DNA of 51,406 nucleotides from a virus, in IMG/VR virus record IMGVR_UViG_3300027606_000001, positions 1 to 51,406 of that record. The stretch is one strand, 5' to 3'. Each line of letters starts with the position of its first letter. Position 1 is the stretch's first letter. The notes under the pieces were generated by a model. It was not told where the DNA came from and made no database searches. It saw only the letters and a list, made by a program, of their open reading frames with translations. The position numbers and the translations under genes are program-made. Of the stretch, positions 27,180-34,518 are shown piece by piece.

Positions 27180-27482
27180 CTACCTGCGCCGCGACTGATC
27201 GAACAACCTGGCCACATTCCCCTTCGAGCGCAGCGCCAGGATGAACAGGATCCCGAAGATCAGTGTGCTTGGTACCGAGGTGACCGGCCACTGTCCGTAC
27301 AGCAGGATCGCGCCGATGATGCTCAGCCACTCCTGGCCAAACAGGGAAGCCAGGCAGAAGGCGCACAGGCTGGGCAGGAACTTGTAGCTCGAGCCGCCCC
27401 GCCGGTACATGAACGCGATGACGAAGCAGATCCCGCCGCAGAACCCGGCATGGGCCAGGGTGATGGTTTGGTCTAGGGTCAT
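27180..27482 (-). CDS. Holin-like membrane protein (100 aa)
   Basis: Three hydrophobic segments and the basic tail RSKGNVARLFDQSRRR; ATGA overlap with the upstream gene. Confidence 0.6.
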   Translation of the reverse strand: MTLDQTITLAHAGFCGGICFVIAFMYRRGGSSYKFLPSLCAFCLASLFGQEWLSIIGAILLYGQWPVTSVPSTLIFGILFILALRSKGNVARLFDQSRRR

Positions 27483-27868
27483 TGGCCCCCTCGCTTGGGG
27501 AACAGGCTGCCAATCGCTGCTGGCAGCTCGGTTACCCACTTCGGCAGTTTGCCGGTGTTGAACGACTCCAGAACGCTGATGCTCACCAGGACCGTCACGA
27601 GGCCGCAGCCGAATGCCGCGATACCGCTGGTCTTCGTCCAGGCCTGGGCCAGGATCTCGGCAGAGCCGTAGTACCCGCCGATCCAGCCGACCAGGAGGTA
27701 ACCCAGGCGCTGCCATAGGGTCAGGTCTTTGGCCCAGAGGACAAAGAGCAGAGAGCTCCCGAACGCACAGACGACAGCATTCAGGTCAATCGTTGGTAGG
27801 CAGCTGGCAAGGGCGATACCTCCAGCCCCTACAACCGCACAAGCTGCTGGGGTAGCGGCATCGGCCAT
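27479..27868 (-). CDS. Holin-like / membrane protein (129 aa)
   Basis: Three to four hydrophobic segments; SD aaggga. Confidence 0.55.
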   Translation of the reverse strand: MADAATPAACAVVGAGGIALASCLPTIDLNAVVCAFGSSLLFVLWAKDLTLWQRLGYLLVGWIGGYYGSAEILAQAWTKTSGIAAFGCGLVTVLVSISVLESFNTGKLPKWVTELPAAIGSLFPKRGGQ

Positions 27869-27878
27869 GTTCAGTCCC

Positions 27879-28142
27879 TTAGTGTTTGTAGCGAAATGGC
27901 GCTGGGCCGCGGACGTCGAGACCGGTGGCGAGCACCCACAGCGCAAAAAGGAGGATTCCAGCGCTCAGTGCGGCCGCCAGGAATGTGGCCCGGCGCTCTT
28001 GGGCCGAACCATCGGGCCTTTTGAGGCCCTGAATGATGAATACGCAGCCAAGGAAGACATTGGCGCTGATGTCGCGGTGCAGTGCGTAGCTGGCCAGGGC
28101 CATGGCGAATGCCAGGAGGCTCCATGCGGTTGATGGCTTCAT
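27879..28142 (-). CDS. Small membrane protein (87 aa, three predicted TM segments)
   Basis: Starts MKPSTAWSLLAFAMALASYAL; first gene after the late terminator. Confidence 0.55.
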   Translation of the reverse strand: MKPSTAWSLLAFAMALASYALHRDISANVFLGCVFIIQGLKRPDGSAQERRATFLAAALSAGILLFALWVLATGLDVRGPAPFRYKH

Positions 28143-28160
28143 GCGATTTCCTGCGGGCAA

Positions 28161-28188
28161 CAAAAAGCCCGACACGATAGCCGGGCTT
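28161..28188 (-). terminator. Intrinsic terminator just downstream of the putative late promoter (tR'-like)
   Basis: Minus strand: aaagcccg-gctatcgtgt-cgggcttttt-g. Confidence 0.7.
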
Positions 28189-28232
28189 TGTGCGTCACTC
28201 CTCAACACGCGCAGGAATGACAGGATGGAGCA

Positions 28233-28262
28233 AATTTACGACATGGCGACATGATATTGCAA
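28233..28262 (-). promoter_or_regulatory. Putative late promoter (PR'-like)
   Basis: Minus strand: TTGCAA-N18-TAAATT, about 40 nt upstream of the terminator hairpin. Confidence 0.4.
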
Positions 28263-28280
28263 GCACTTTTGAGGGCCTTC

Positions 28281-28961
28281 TCATGCAGCCTCGCCGGACA
28301 GCACGCCAACCGCCTCCAGCATGTGCTGGGCCTCTACCAGGGCCTCGTCCACCATCGACTCCAGGTTGTCACGGATCGCCTTGCTCCAGCGCTGGTAGGT
28401 GCGCTCGGTGAGCCCCTGCGAATCCCATGTGGTCATGTCGTAGTTCGACTCGGCAAGAACGATCATCTCGCCCGGTTTCGAATCGGCCAAGGCTCGGGCA
28501 TGCTTATTCGCGCGCGCGACTGATTCGGCAGCCGCCTTGTTACGCCAATCCCACTGCCGTTCCCTTTTGTTCTCGCGCGGCTCCGGCGCCTTTGCCTGGG
28601 TAACCCTGCGGGCAATGCCCTTGCACTGCTGCGGAACAGCCCAGGTCAGCACCGCCTGCTGGGTGAACCGGCGCGGCGCCGGACTTTCCACCACGGCCAC
28701 CAGGCGCCCAATGGAATCGATTTTCCGCCCTCGGTGCGTGCTGTACTTCGCCACCAGGGCATTCCAGTGTCGCGGGCTGAGCTGGGCGTGCAGCAGCTTG
28801 TGCACGATCGAGTCAGCCAGCAGCGCTGCATCCTTCCCCGATATCTCGCCCTTGAGCTTGCTAGTCTGCACCCGAGGCTCGACATTGCAGCCGCCGGCGC
28901 TGTTGATCGTCTCGGCCGCCAGGGCCCGAACCACCGCTGAAATAACGTTCTGATAGCTCAT
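28281..28961 (-). CDS. Hypothetical protein (226 aa) in the position of a late-gene regulator / antiterminator
   Basis: SD ggagaa; last early gene before the promoter-terminator pair and the late operon; no family recognised. Confidence 0.6.
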   Translation of the reverse strand: MSYQNVISAVVRALAAETINSAGGCNVEPRVQTSKLKGEISGKDAALLADSIVHKLLHAQLSPRHWNALVAKYSTHRGRKIDSIGRLVAVVESPAPRRFTQQAVLTWAVPQQCKGIARRVTQAKAPEPRENKRERQWDWRNKAAAESVARANKHARALADSKPGEMIVLAESNYDMTTWDSQGLTERTYQRWSKAIRDNLESMVDEALVEAQHMLEAVGVLSGEAA

Positions 28962-29080
28962 TGGCCGTTCTCCTTCTTCCGGCGATTCGCGATGAGATGG
29001 GCGCGCGTGACGCACCAGGTGGAGCTGAGGAACATGGCCAACAGGAGCAGGCCGACGATTTGTTCGATGGTCCAGGTCAT
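28958..29080 (-). CDS. Micro-ORF encoding a 40-aa single-TM peptide
   Basis: MTWTIEQIVGLLLLAMFLSSTWCVTRAHLIANRRKKENGQ; ATGA overlaps at both ends, with the ninG stop and the next gene's start. Confidence 0.45.
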   Translation of the reverse strand: MTWTIEQIVGLLLLAMFLSSTWCVTRAHLIANRRKKENGQ

Positions 29081-29682
29081 GCTGCTGCCCTCTTGAGGTC
29101 ACGGAGCTTCTGGCGGTACAGCGCCTTGATGGCCTGCAGGTCTTCGATAGTCAGGCGCTGGGGCTTATGAGGGCCTTCCAGCCACTCGACTTGGTCGGCG
29201 CCGATGCGCTTCACCAGGCGGATGCGGTACTCGACCGCGTTGCCCGACAGGTTCCGGTTGCACTTCACGCACTGGCGGTGGACGTTCAACGGCTCGAACC
29301 GGAGTTCCGGACATGCGCCCACTGACCGGTAGTGTCCAGCGTCCCAGCGGCTGCCGGTGATGAGGTCGTGGTCGCTCGGCAGCGAGTCGCAGCTGATGCA
29401 CGGCAGGCCGGCGTCGCGCTCGCGGATGTAGGCGTTGAACACCTTCTGCGCTTCGGCTAGATGCTCGCGCCGATCTTTCAGCTTCTCCCGGCGCTCCTTG
29501 AGGTCTTCCCGCTTCTGCTTGGCGATGGCCTTGGCCGCCACCCTCTGCGCCTTCGGTTCCTTGGCCATGGCCAGGGCACAGGCGACGCTGCAAACCTTCT
29601 GCGTGGTCATGGCCGGCTTGAAGTGCTTGCCGCAGCCTGGCGCTTTGCACTTCTTCGGTTTGATCTCCTTGGCCAGTGTCAT
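29077..29682 (-). CDS. ninG: NinG / Rap-like recombination endonuclease
   Basis: The Cys-rich N-terminus (CKAPGCGKHF...CSVAC) and the ISCDS...GHY...CVKCN motifs match lambda NinG. Confidence 0.8.
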   Translation of the reverse strand: MTLAKEIKPKKCKAPGCGKHFKPAMTTQKVCSVACALAMAKEPKAQRVAAKAIAKQKREDLKERREKLKDRREHLAEAQKVFNAYIRERDAGLPCISCDSLPSDHDLITGSRWDAGHYRSVGACPELRFEPLNVHRQCVKCNRNLSGNAVEYRIRLVKRIGADQVEWLEGPHKPQRLTIEDLQAIKALYRQKLRDLKRAAA

Positions 29683-30149
29683 GCTGCCTCCTCACTCAGC
29701 AGATCGCTGAACACCACACCCTGCGGCGTGAACTCGGCCACGATGCGGTCGGTGTAGTGGCAGCCCTGGGCCCGATCAAACAGCCGGGTCACCGGAAAGC
29801 CATCCGGCCCGAACATGGCGCACGGCCCCATCAGGCGAAGCTTCACCTCATACGGCAGGTGAATGAACGACTCGGCCCAGCCGCTGCGGAACTCCTCACA
29901 ACCAGCGCGCATGATCGGCACGCCGAAGTGCAGCTTGCAGTACCGGCGCACATCCTCGATGTCGCCCATCTCGGTGCTCTTGGCGATGCGGTCGTACATG
30001 GCGAACCACAAGGCGTTCTGGTCCAGGGTGCGGTCTTTGCCCGGCCGCATGCTGACCACAACGAACTTCTTGTCGCGGAATAGGCGGGTGAGCATGGTGA
30101 CGGCCTCGGACAGCTTGGCCTGGCAGTTGACGCTGATGCGCTCAGACAT
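29679..30149 (-). CDS. ninB: NinB / Orf-family recombination protein
   Basis: 156 aa; RTLDQNALWFAMYDRIA is a NinB-like motif; SD caggagg. Confidence 0.7.
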   Translation of the reverse strand: MSERISVNCQAKLSEAVTMLTRLFRDKKFVVVSMRPGKDRTLDQNALWFAMYDRIAKSTEMGDIEDVRRYCKLHFGVPIMRAGCEEFRSGWAESFIHLPYEVKLRLMGPCAMFGPDGFPVTRLFDRAQGCHYTDRIVAEFTPQGVVFSDLLSEEAA

Positions 30150-30363
30150 TCGTAACCTCCTGCAGCTGCTTCTCCGCGGTGCGAATCCGGGCGGTGAGCT
30201 GGCTGATCTCTTCCAGCAGGCCCAGCGCCACCTCCTCCATCGTCGTCTCGCCGAGGAACTCGTCCAAGGCGTCTGTGTGGCGCTCGAGCGCATCACTGTC
30301 GGCGCGCCAGGAGGCAACTACCGACCACAGCAGGGGCTGGAGCTTTTGCTTGTCGATGGTCAT
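30142..30363 (-). CDS. Hypothetical small protein (73 aa)
   Basis: SD aaggagg; first gene after a 170-nt intergenic region. Confidence 0.55.
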   Translation of the reverse strand: MTIDKQKLQPLLWSVVASWRADSDALERHTDALDEFLGETTMEEVALGLLEEISQLTARIRTAEKQLQEVTNV

Positions 30364-30532
30364 GCGCGACCTCCTTGCAAGCGAATGTTTAACTCAGCCA
30401 TCCATCCCTCTTGAACAACACTTTTCGGATTTATAAAATCTCGCGCAACGGCCTCAAGCCCGCGGAAACCTTGCGGAAAAGTGTCATCGCGGGTGAGAGG
30501 CCGATCAGTTTTCCCGCTCAAGATTTCACTCT

Positions 30533-31294
30533 TCACACCCCCTCCCCGGCCGGCTGCCCGGCGCGCTTGATGTTCAACTTGGCCAGCAGGTGTGCACGGC
30601 ACGCGGCGGCGCTGGTTGGGATCTGCTGGATCTCCAGCAGCCGCACCTGGCGCTGGGCGGCGTATTCGTCAGCGAGCTGAGCCAGCCCCTTCTGACTGTC
30701 GTGGCCGATGCCGGTGGCGATGTCGCCCAGTGGCTCGCCGGCGACCAACATGCGAATGGTGATGTCGTAGGCCCGGGCGAACACCTTCTCGGCCCGCTCC
30801 ACCTCCATCGACCCCAGGTTCTGCGCTTCGCATTGCAGGGCCGCGTGGCGCACCGCTGAATGCGTCCAAACGCGTGACCCTGCCCTGCTGGGGTGGAAGT
30901 TCTCCAGCGCCTCTGCCAGGGCCCGCGCAAGCGGCGGAATGCCCATCTCTTCCGGAGTCGGCTGGCACAACTTGATGAACTTGCCGCTGCTTGGGGCGAA
31001 GTCGGTACCCAGCACCCGACACTTCTGTATGCCGAAGCGGATCTGCTCGAGCGTGTTGATGCCTGCGGCGACAAAGGACTTGATCCAGCTGCGCTTGGCA
31101 GCCTTCAGGGCCTCGTCGTCCGGCCAGGCCTGCTTCCATGCCGGGAAGATGGCCTGCAGCTCCTTGAACAGGGCGTTGACCACTTCGGTGGTGCCTGGGT
31201 CCAGCTGCTTGGCCGGGACCTGGGCCTCGGCGGGCAGATTGCGGGCCGTGGCCATGATCTGCGTGACGCTATTGGGAGCGCTCGGCGTGCTCAT
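30533..31294 (-). CDS. Replication protein P-like (helicase loader family)
   Basis: FPAWKQAWPDDEALKAAKRSWIKSF...IRFGIQKCR...FAPSSGKFIKLC resembles lambda P family proteins. Confidence 0.7.
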   Translation of the reverse strand: MSTPSAPNSVTQIMATARNLPAEAQVPAKQLDPGTTEVVNALFKELQAIFPAWKQAWPDDEALKAAKRSWIKSFVAAGINTLEQIRFGIQKCRVLGTDFAPSSGKFIKLCQPTPEEMGIPPLARALAEALENFHPSRAGSRVWTHSAVRHAALQCEAQNLGSMEVERAEKVFARAYDITIRMLVAGEPLGDIATGIGHDSQKGLAQLADEYAAQRQVRLLEIQQIPTSAAACRAHLLAKLNIKRAGQPAGEGV

Positions 31295-32067
31295 AGCGCC
31301 CCCAAGTCATCAGCCCATGTCGTGTCGTTGAAGTCGGGACCATTGACCTGGCGCTTCACCGGGAACGGGCGAACGTTGCTCGCGGCAGCCACGTCACGCT
31401 TCACCCACTTGACCAGCAGACTCACCCACGAGGCTTGCGTCTCGCAGCGGCCTGATGCCGAGTAGTGGCAGACGAATGCGGCGGTCGCCTCATCGGTGAA
31501 CAGGTCGACAGGGATTCCCATACGGGTCGCGTAGGCTTTCAGCAGCTTCTGGTCAGGCTTCCACTCAAGGTCCATCTCGGTCGGAAGCTTTGGGTCAAAG
31601 CCGGATTCCTCGCCCGCGCGTTGTGTGTTGTGTTCTTCCTTTCCATTCCCTTCCCTTCCGGGGTCAACCGGTCGACGACCAGTCGACGACTCCTCGGCGA
31701 ATTGTCGACGAGCGCTCTCCGACTCATCGTCGATTTCTGCCGGCGGCGCTGGGTACTTGAAGTTCTTTTTCTCGATCTTCTGGTGCTTCCAGCCGCAGAT
31801 GTGCAGGTAGTTTTTCCCCGCAGCCCAGTAGCTGCGGGTCAGCTCGGCCCCCTCCAGCTCACCCAGGAGCGCGGATACCTCCTCCGTGGTGATGTCGTCA
31901 CCGGGGAAGACCAGGGCCTTGATCGTGCGGGCGGCCAGCGGGTGGTTGCCACCGTCATCGCAGAAGTTCCAGAGGCCAATGAACAGGAGCCTGGCCAACG
32001 GGCGGCAGGACATGACCTGCTCGCTCGACCAGAATTCGGGCTTGATGGTGCGGATGCGGGCCATCAT
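31291..32067 (-). CDS. Replication initiator (O-like, DnaT-like C-terminal domain)
   Basis: Starts MARIRTIKPEFWSSEQV; has a low-complexity acidic linker; contains iteron-like repeats; precedes the P-like gene. Confidence 0.65.
   Translation of the reverse strand: MMARIRTIKPEFWSSEQVMSCRPLARLLFIGLWNFCDDGGNHPLAARTIKALVFPGDDITTEEVSALLGELEGAELTRSYWAAGKNYLHICGWKHQKIEKKNFKYPAPPAEIDDESESARRQFAEESSTGRRPVDPGREGNGKEEHNTQRAGEESGFDPKLPTEMDLEWKPDQKLLKAYATRMGIPVDLFTDEATAAFVCHYSASGRCETQASWVSLLVKWVKRDVAAASNVRPFPVKRQVNGPDFNDTTWADDLGAL
31671..31734. repeat. Iteron-like repeats GTCGACGA(C/G) x3 plus one inverted partial copy
   Basis: Copies at 31671, 31682 and 31704 (offsets of 11 and 22 bp); inverted tcgtcgat at 31727; adjacent polypyrimidine tract at 31621-31660. 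Confidence 0.55.
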
Positions 32068-32822
32068 TGGACCTCCAGGTTGTACTGCGCCCACAGGCCG
32101 GCCACCCAGGTAACGCCCTTTGGGGTGAATTTGGTCTGGTTGAAGGCGTGGCCGTTCTCGGCAGTGTCGGTTTTGACTTCGAATCGCCCGGCGTCGATGT
32201 GCTGCTGATACGCCTGCCACTCACCGCCCATGCGGTACATGATCTTCCTGTCGAGCAGGAACTCCCGGAAGCGGGCCTCATTAGCCCTCAGCAGCTTGGC
32301 GGTTTGGCGGAATCCCTTGAGGCCAGTCGACTGCACGTATTTGTCGACGAACTCGACCTTTGGCGCGGCAATGGCCAGGGCCTGCTGGGCAATCTGCTTC
32401 TGCTCCATTTCATCAGCCCAGGCACGAGCTGCAGCCACTGGATTGGAAAAGTCAGGAAGTGTTGCTATGACACGTGGGGCTTCGAGGGACTTGAGCTTGG
32501 CCAATACGCTTCGACGTACAGCCTTCGACTCACGCATGCCAACCAGCATGCATTGATCCAGCGTCAGCCTGTAGGTGGCGACCTGGTTGCCGTGTACAGG
32601 GGTGAAATATTTTTGCACCCCCTCAAGATCATCGCCTAACTCGTCTTCTACCCGAGAGAGAAACTGGTCATTTCTGACTTTCGGCTCGCCAGCTGTAAGG
32701 CGTGCATCGTTGATGAGGTCACGAAGCTCGATGCTGCTCATCGTGCGCGCCACGAAATCGTGGTTCGCATTTTGTGGCGCGGGCCGGATGAGGGCCTGTA
32801 CACTTGGGGTCTGTGGATGCAT
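32064..32822 (-). CDS. Antirepressor-type protein (Rha-like N-terminus, KilAC C-terminal domain)
   Basis: SSIELRDLINDA...VRNDQFLSRVEDEL is Rha-like; PVAAARAWADEMEQKQIAQQALAIAAPKVEFVDKYV is KilAC-like; the start is uncertain (32822 or 32741). Confidence 0.7.
   Translation of the reverse strand: MHPQTPSVQALIRPAPQNANHDFVARTMSSIELRDLINDARLTAGEPKVRNDQFLSRVEDELGDDLEGVQKYFTPVHGNQVATYRLTLDQCMLVGMRESKAVRRSVLAKLKSLEAPRVIATLPDFSNPVAAARAWADEMEQKQIAQQALAIAAPKVEFVDKYVQSTGLKGFRQTAKLLRANEARFREFLLDRKIMYRMGGEWQAYQQHIDAGRFEVKTDTAENGHAFNQTKFTPKGVTWVAGLWAQYNLEVQ
32747..32780. repeat. Palindromic element copy c (GCGCCAC-N20-GTGGCGC)
   Basis: gcgccacgaaatcgtggttcgcattttgtggcgc. Confidence 0.8.
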
Positions 32823-32831
32823 AATTGGTCT

Positions 32832-32877
32832 CACTTTTATGCGTTGCAGAGAGCCGGGGTGCCACCCGGCTTTTTTG
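32832..32877 (+). ncRNA. Candidate short antisense RNA (sar/oop-like) opposite the antirepressor translation start region
   Basis: Plus-strand promoter TGTACA-N17-CATAAT (32797-32825) followed about 45 nt later by the terminator at 32852-32877. Confidence 0.35.
32852..32877 (+). terminator. Strong plus-strand intrinsic terminator inside the minus-strand early operon
   Basis: agccggg-gtgcca-cccggc followed by tttttt. Confidence 0.7.
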
Positions 32878-32907
32878 TGCCCGATATTCGGGCTTATCAG
32901 GGCCTGT

Positions 32908-33087
32908 TCAGGCCTTGCGCTGGAACGGAAGGACCGTCCCCCTCGCGCTTCGAGGTTTCGTTCGGCTGGCCAGCTCTCGATCAATCAGCTCGGCTGCTAG
33001 CGCTTCAGGGGTGACCCCCCGCTTCCGCGCCTCTCGCTCAAGTAATTCCATCGAGCCCGGATCCAGACCGAATTTTTCGGTCGGCAT
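32908..33087 (-). CDS. Small protein (59 aa, below the ORF-track cut-off)
   Basis: MPTEKFGLDPGSMELLEREARKRGVTPEALAAELIDRELASRTKPRSARGTVLPFQRKA; strong SD gaggagg 5 nt upstream of ATG 33087. Confidence 0.6.
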   Translation of the reverse strand: MPTEKFGLDPGSMELLEREARKRGVTPEALAAELIDRELASRTKPRSARGTVLPFQRKA

Positions 33088-33105
33088 AGGGCCTCCTCGC
33101 GGCCT

Positions 33106-33294
33106 TCAGGCAGCGCTCTGATCGCCGGTATTCTCCGAAGCCAATGCGGCCAGCTGGGCTTCCAGTAGTTCGCGGCACAACACAGCACGCTGAGTGCGGT
33201 GATAGGCAGCCAGCGCCTGAATCAGGTTGAACGTGTCCTCATCGACCCGGACCTTGATCTCGCGGTCATGCAGGTGATTGCGGTTGGCGTACAT
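33106..33294 (-). CDS. Small RHH-like (Arc/TraY-like) protein, 62 aa
   Basis: REIKVRVDEDTFNLIQALAAYHRTQRAVLCRELL fits a beta-strand then helix-helix pattern; follows cro. Confidence 0.5.
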   Translation of the reverse strand: MYANRNHLHDREIKVRVDEDTFNLIQALAAYHRTQRAVLCRELLEAQLAALASENTGDQSAA

Positions 33295-33324
33295 GCAGTG
33301 GAGGCTCCTTGTTGGGGAAATGTA

Positions 33325-33531
33325 TTAAGCGGCAGTCTTCTTGATCGCCACTTGGCACGGGAACGGGCGGATCTCTTCAGCACTGAAGCTCCCGTCTGCG
33401 TTTTCTGTAACAAACACAACCCGGCCTACGCGGATCGCTTTGCTCAAAGCGCCTTGGGTCATTCCAAGAAGCGCGGCAGCTTCTGCCTGGCCGCGCTGGC
33501 TGGCGAACTGCGCTATGTGAATTCGGCTCAT
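33325..33531 (-). CDS. cro: Cro-like HTH repressor
   Basis: 68 aa from MSRIHIAQFASQRGQAEAAALLGMTQGALSKAI (HTH); divergent from cI across the operator region. Confidence 0.75.
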   Translation of the reverse strand: MSRIHIAQFASQRGQAEAAALLGMTQGALSKAIRVGRVVFVTENADGSFSAEEIRPFPCQVAIKKTAA

Positions 33532-33561
33532 GGGCGGTCTCCATGGATTGCTCATGAAGGA

Positions 33562-33631
33562 ATATTACCTATGGCATTTATAAAATTCAATGCCATCGGC
33601 GTTTGTCGTGTATTACCGCTAGGAATACGAT
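33562..33631. promoter_or_regulatory. OR-like switch region with divergent PR and PRM candidates and operator 16-mers
   Basis: TATTACCTATGGCATT (33563-78) and the inverted AATGCCATCGGCGTTT (33589-604); PR on the minus strand is TTGAAT-N17-TAATAT; PRM on the plus strand is TTGTCG-N17-TACGAT, ending 7 nt before the cI ATG. Confidence 0.6.
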
Positions 33632-33638
33632 TCGTCGC

Positions 33639-34436
33639 ATGAAAAAACGCGCGCTACCAGAAGACCGAAAAGCTGAGTGCCTTCGCCTGAAGGCAATTTT
33701 CAATTCAAAGAAGAAAGACCTGGGTCTTACCCAGGAGAAGCTGGCGCACCTGCTGGACATGAACCAGAGCTCCGTCAGCCACTATCTGAACGGAGTGAAT
33801 CCGCTAAACGCCCAGGTGGCAGCCGCTTTTTCGCGCATCCTGCAGGTTCCGGTGCGAGACTTCAGTGAGCGTCTTGCCGATGAGATCGAGGGGATTGCGG
33901 CTGCCGCTTCGATCGTTTCGAAAGCTGTTCCTAGGGTTGGAGCTGCATTGGCCAACGCCTCTATGATCGGCCCGATTTCTGTATGGGACGACGACACACC
34001 GCTGGATGACGACGAGGTTTATGTGCCGTTCCTCAAGGAAGTGGAGCTATCCGCTGGCTCCGGCCGGACGGTGATTGAGAAGTCCAGCTCCCGAAAGCTT
34101 CGCTTTGGCAAGATAACCTTGCGCAACCAGGGCGTTCAGTTCGACCAGGCAGTCTGTGTGACTGTGCATGGTAATAGCATGGAGCCAGTGCTTCCGGATG
34201 GCAGTACGGTCGGCGTCGACCGCGCATGCACCGCGGTGAAGGACGGGAAGATGTATGCGGTTGACCACGGCGGCGAGTTGCGGGTGAAAACGCTTTACCG
34301 GATGCCTGGCGGCGGCCTGCGCTTCCGCAGCTTCAACCAGGATGAGCACCCTGATGAGGAGTACACCGCGCAGCAGCTGGATGAGAGAGGAATCAGCGTG
34401 CTGGGCAAGGTGTTTTGGTACTCCGTCTTGCTCTGA
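33639..34436 (+). CDS. cI: CI-type repressor (XRE HTH plus S24 LexA-like autopeptidase)
   Basis: LGLTQEKLAHLLDMNQSSVSHYLNG is the HTH; C-terminal GNSMEP...GKMY is the S24 Ser/Lys signature. Confidence 0.9.
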   Translation: MKKRALPEDRKAECLRLKAIFNSKKKDLGLTQEKLAHLLDMNQSSVSHYLNGVNPLNAQVAAAFSRILQVPVRDFSERLADEIEGIAAAASIVSKAVPRVGAALANASMIGPISVWDDDTPLDDDEVYVPFLKEVELSAGSGRTVIEKSSSRKLRFGKITLRNQGVQFDQAVCVTVHGNSMEPVLPDGSTVGVDRACTAVKDGKMYAVDHGGELRVKTLYRMPGGGLRFRSFNQDEHPDEEYTAQQLDERGISVLGKVFWYSVLL

Positions 34437-34518
34437 ACTGGCGAGTCATCCGCAATCCTTGAGGGTAGCATTCCCATCCCTTCGACATGGGCAGCGTAAA
34501 GAGCATGGAAGAAAAATA

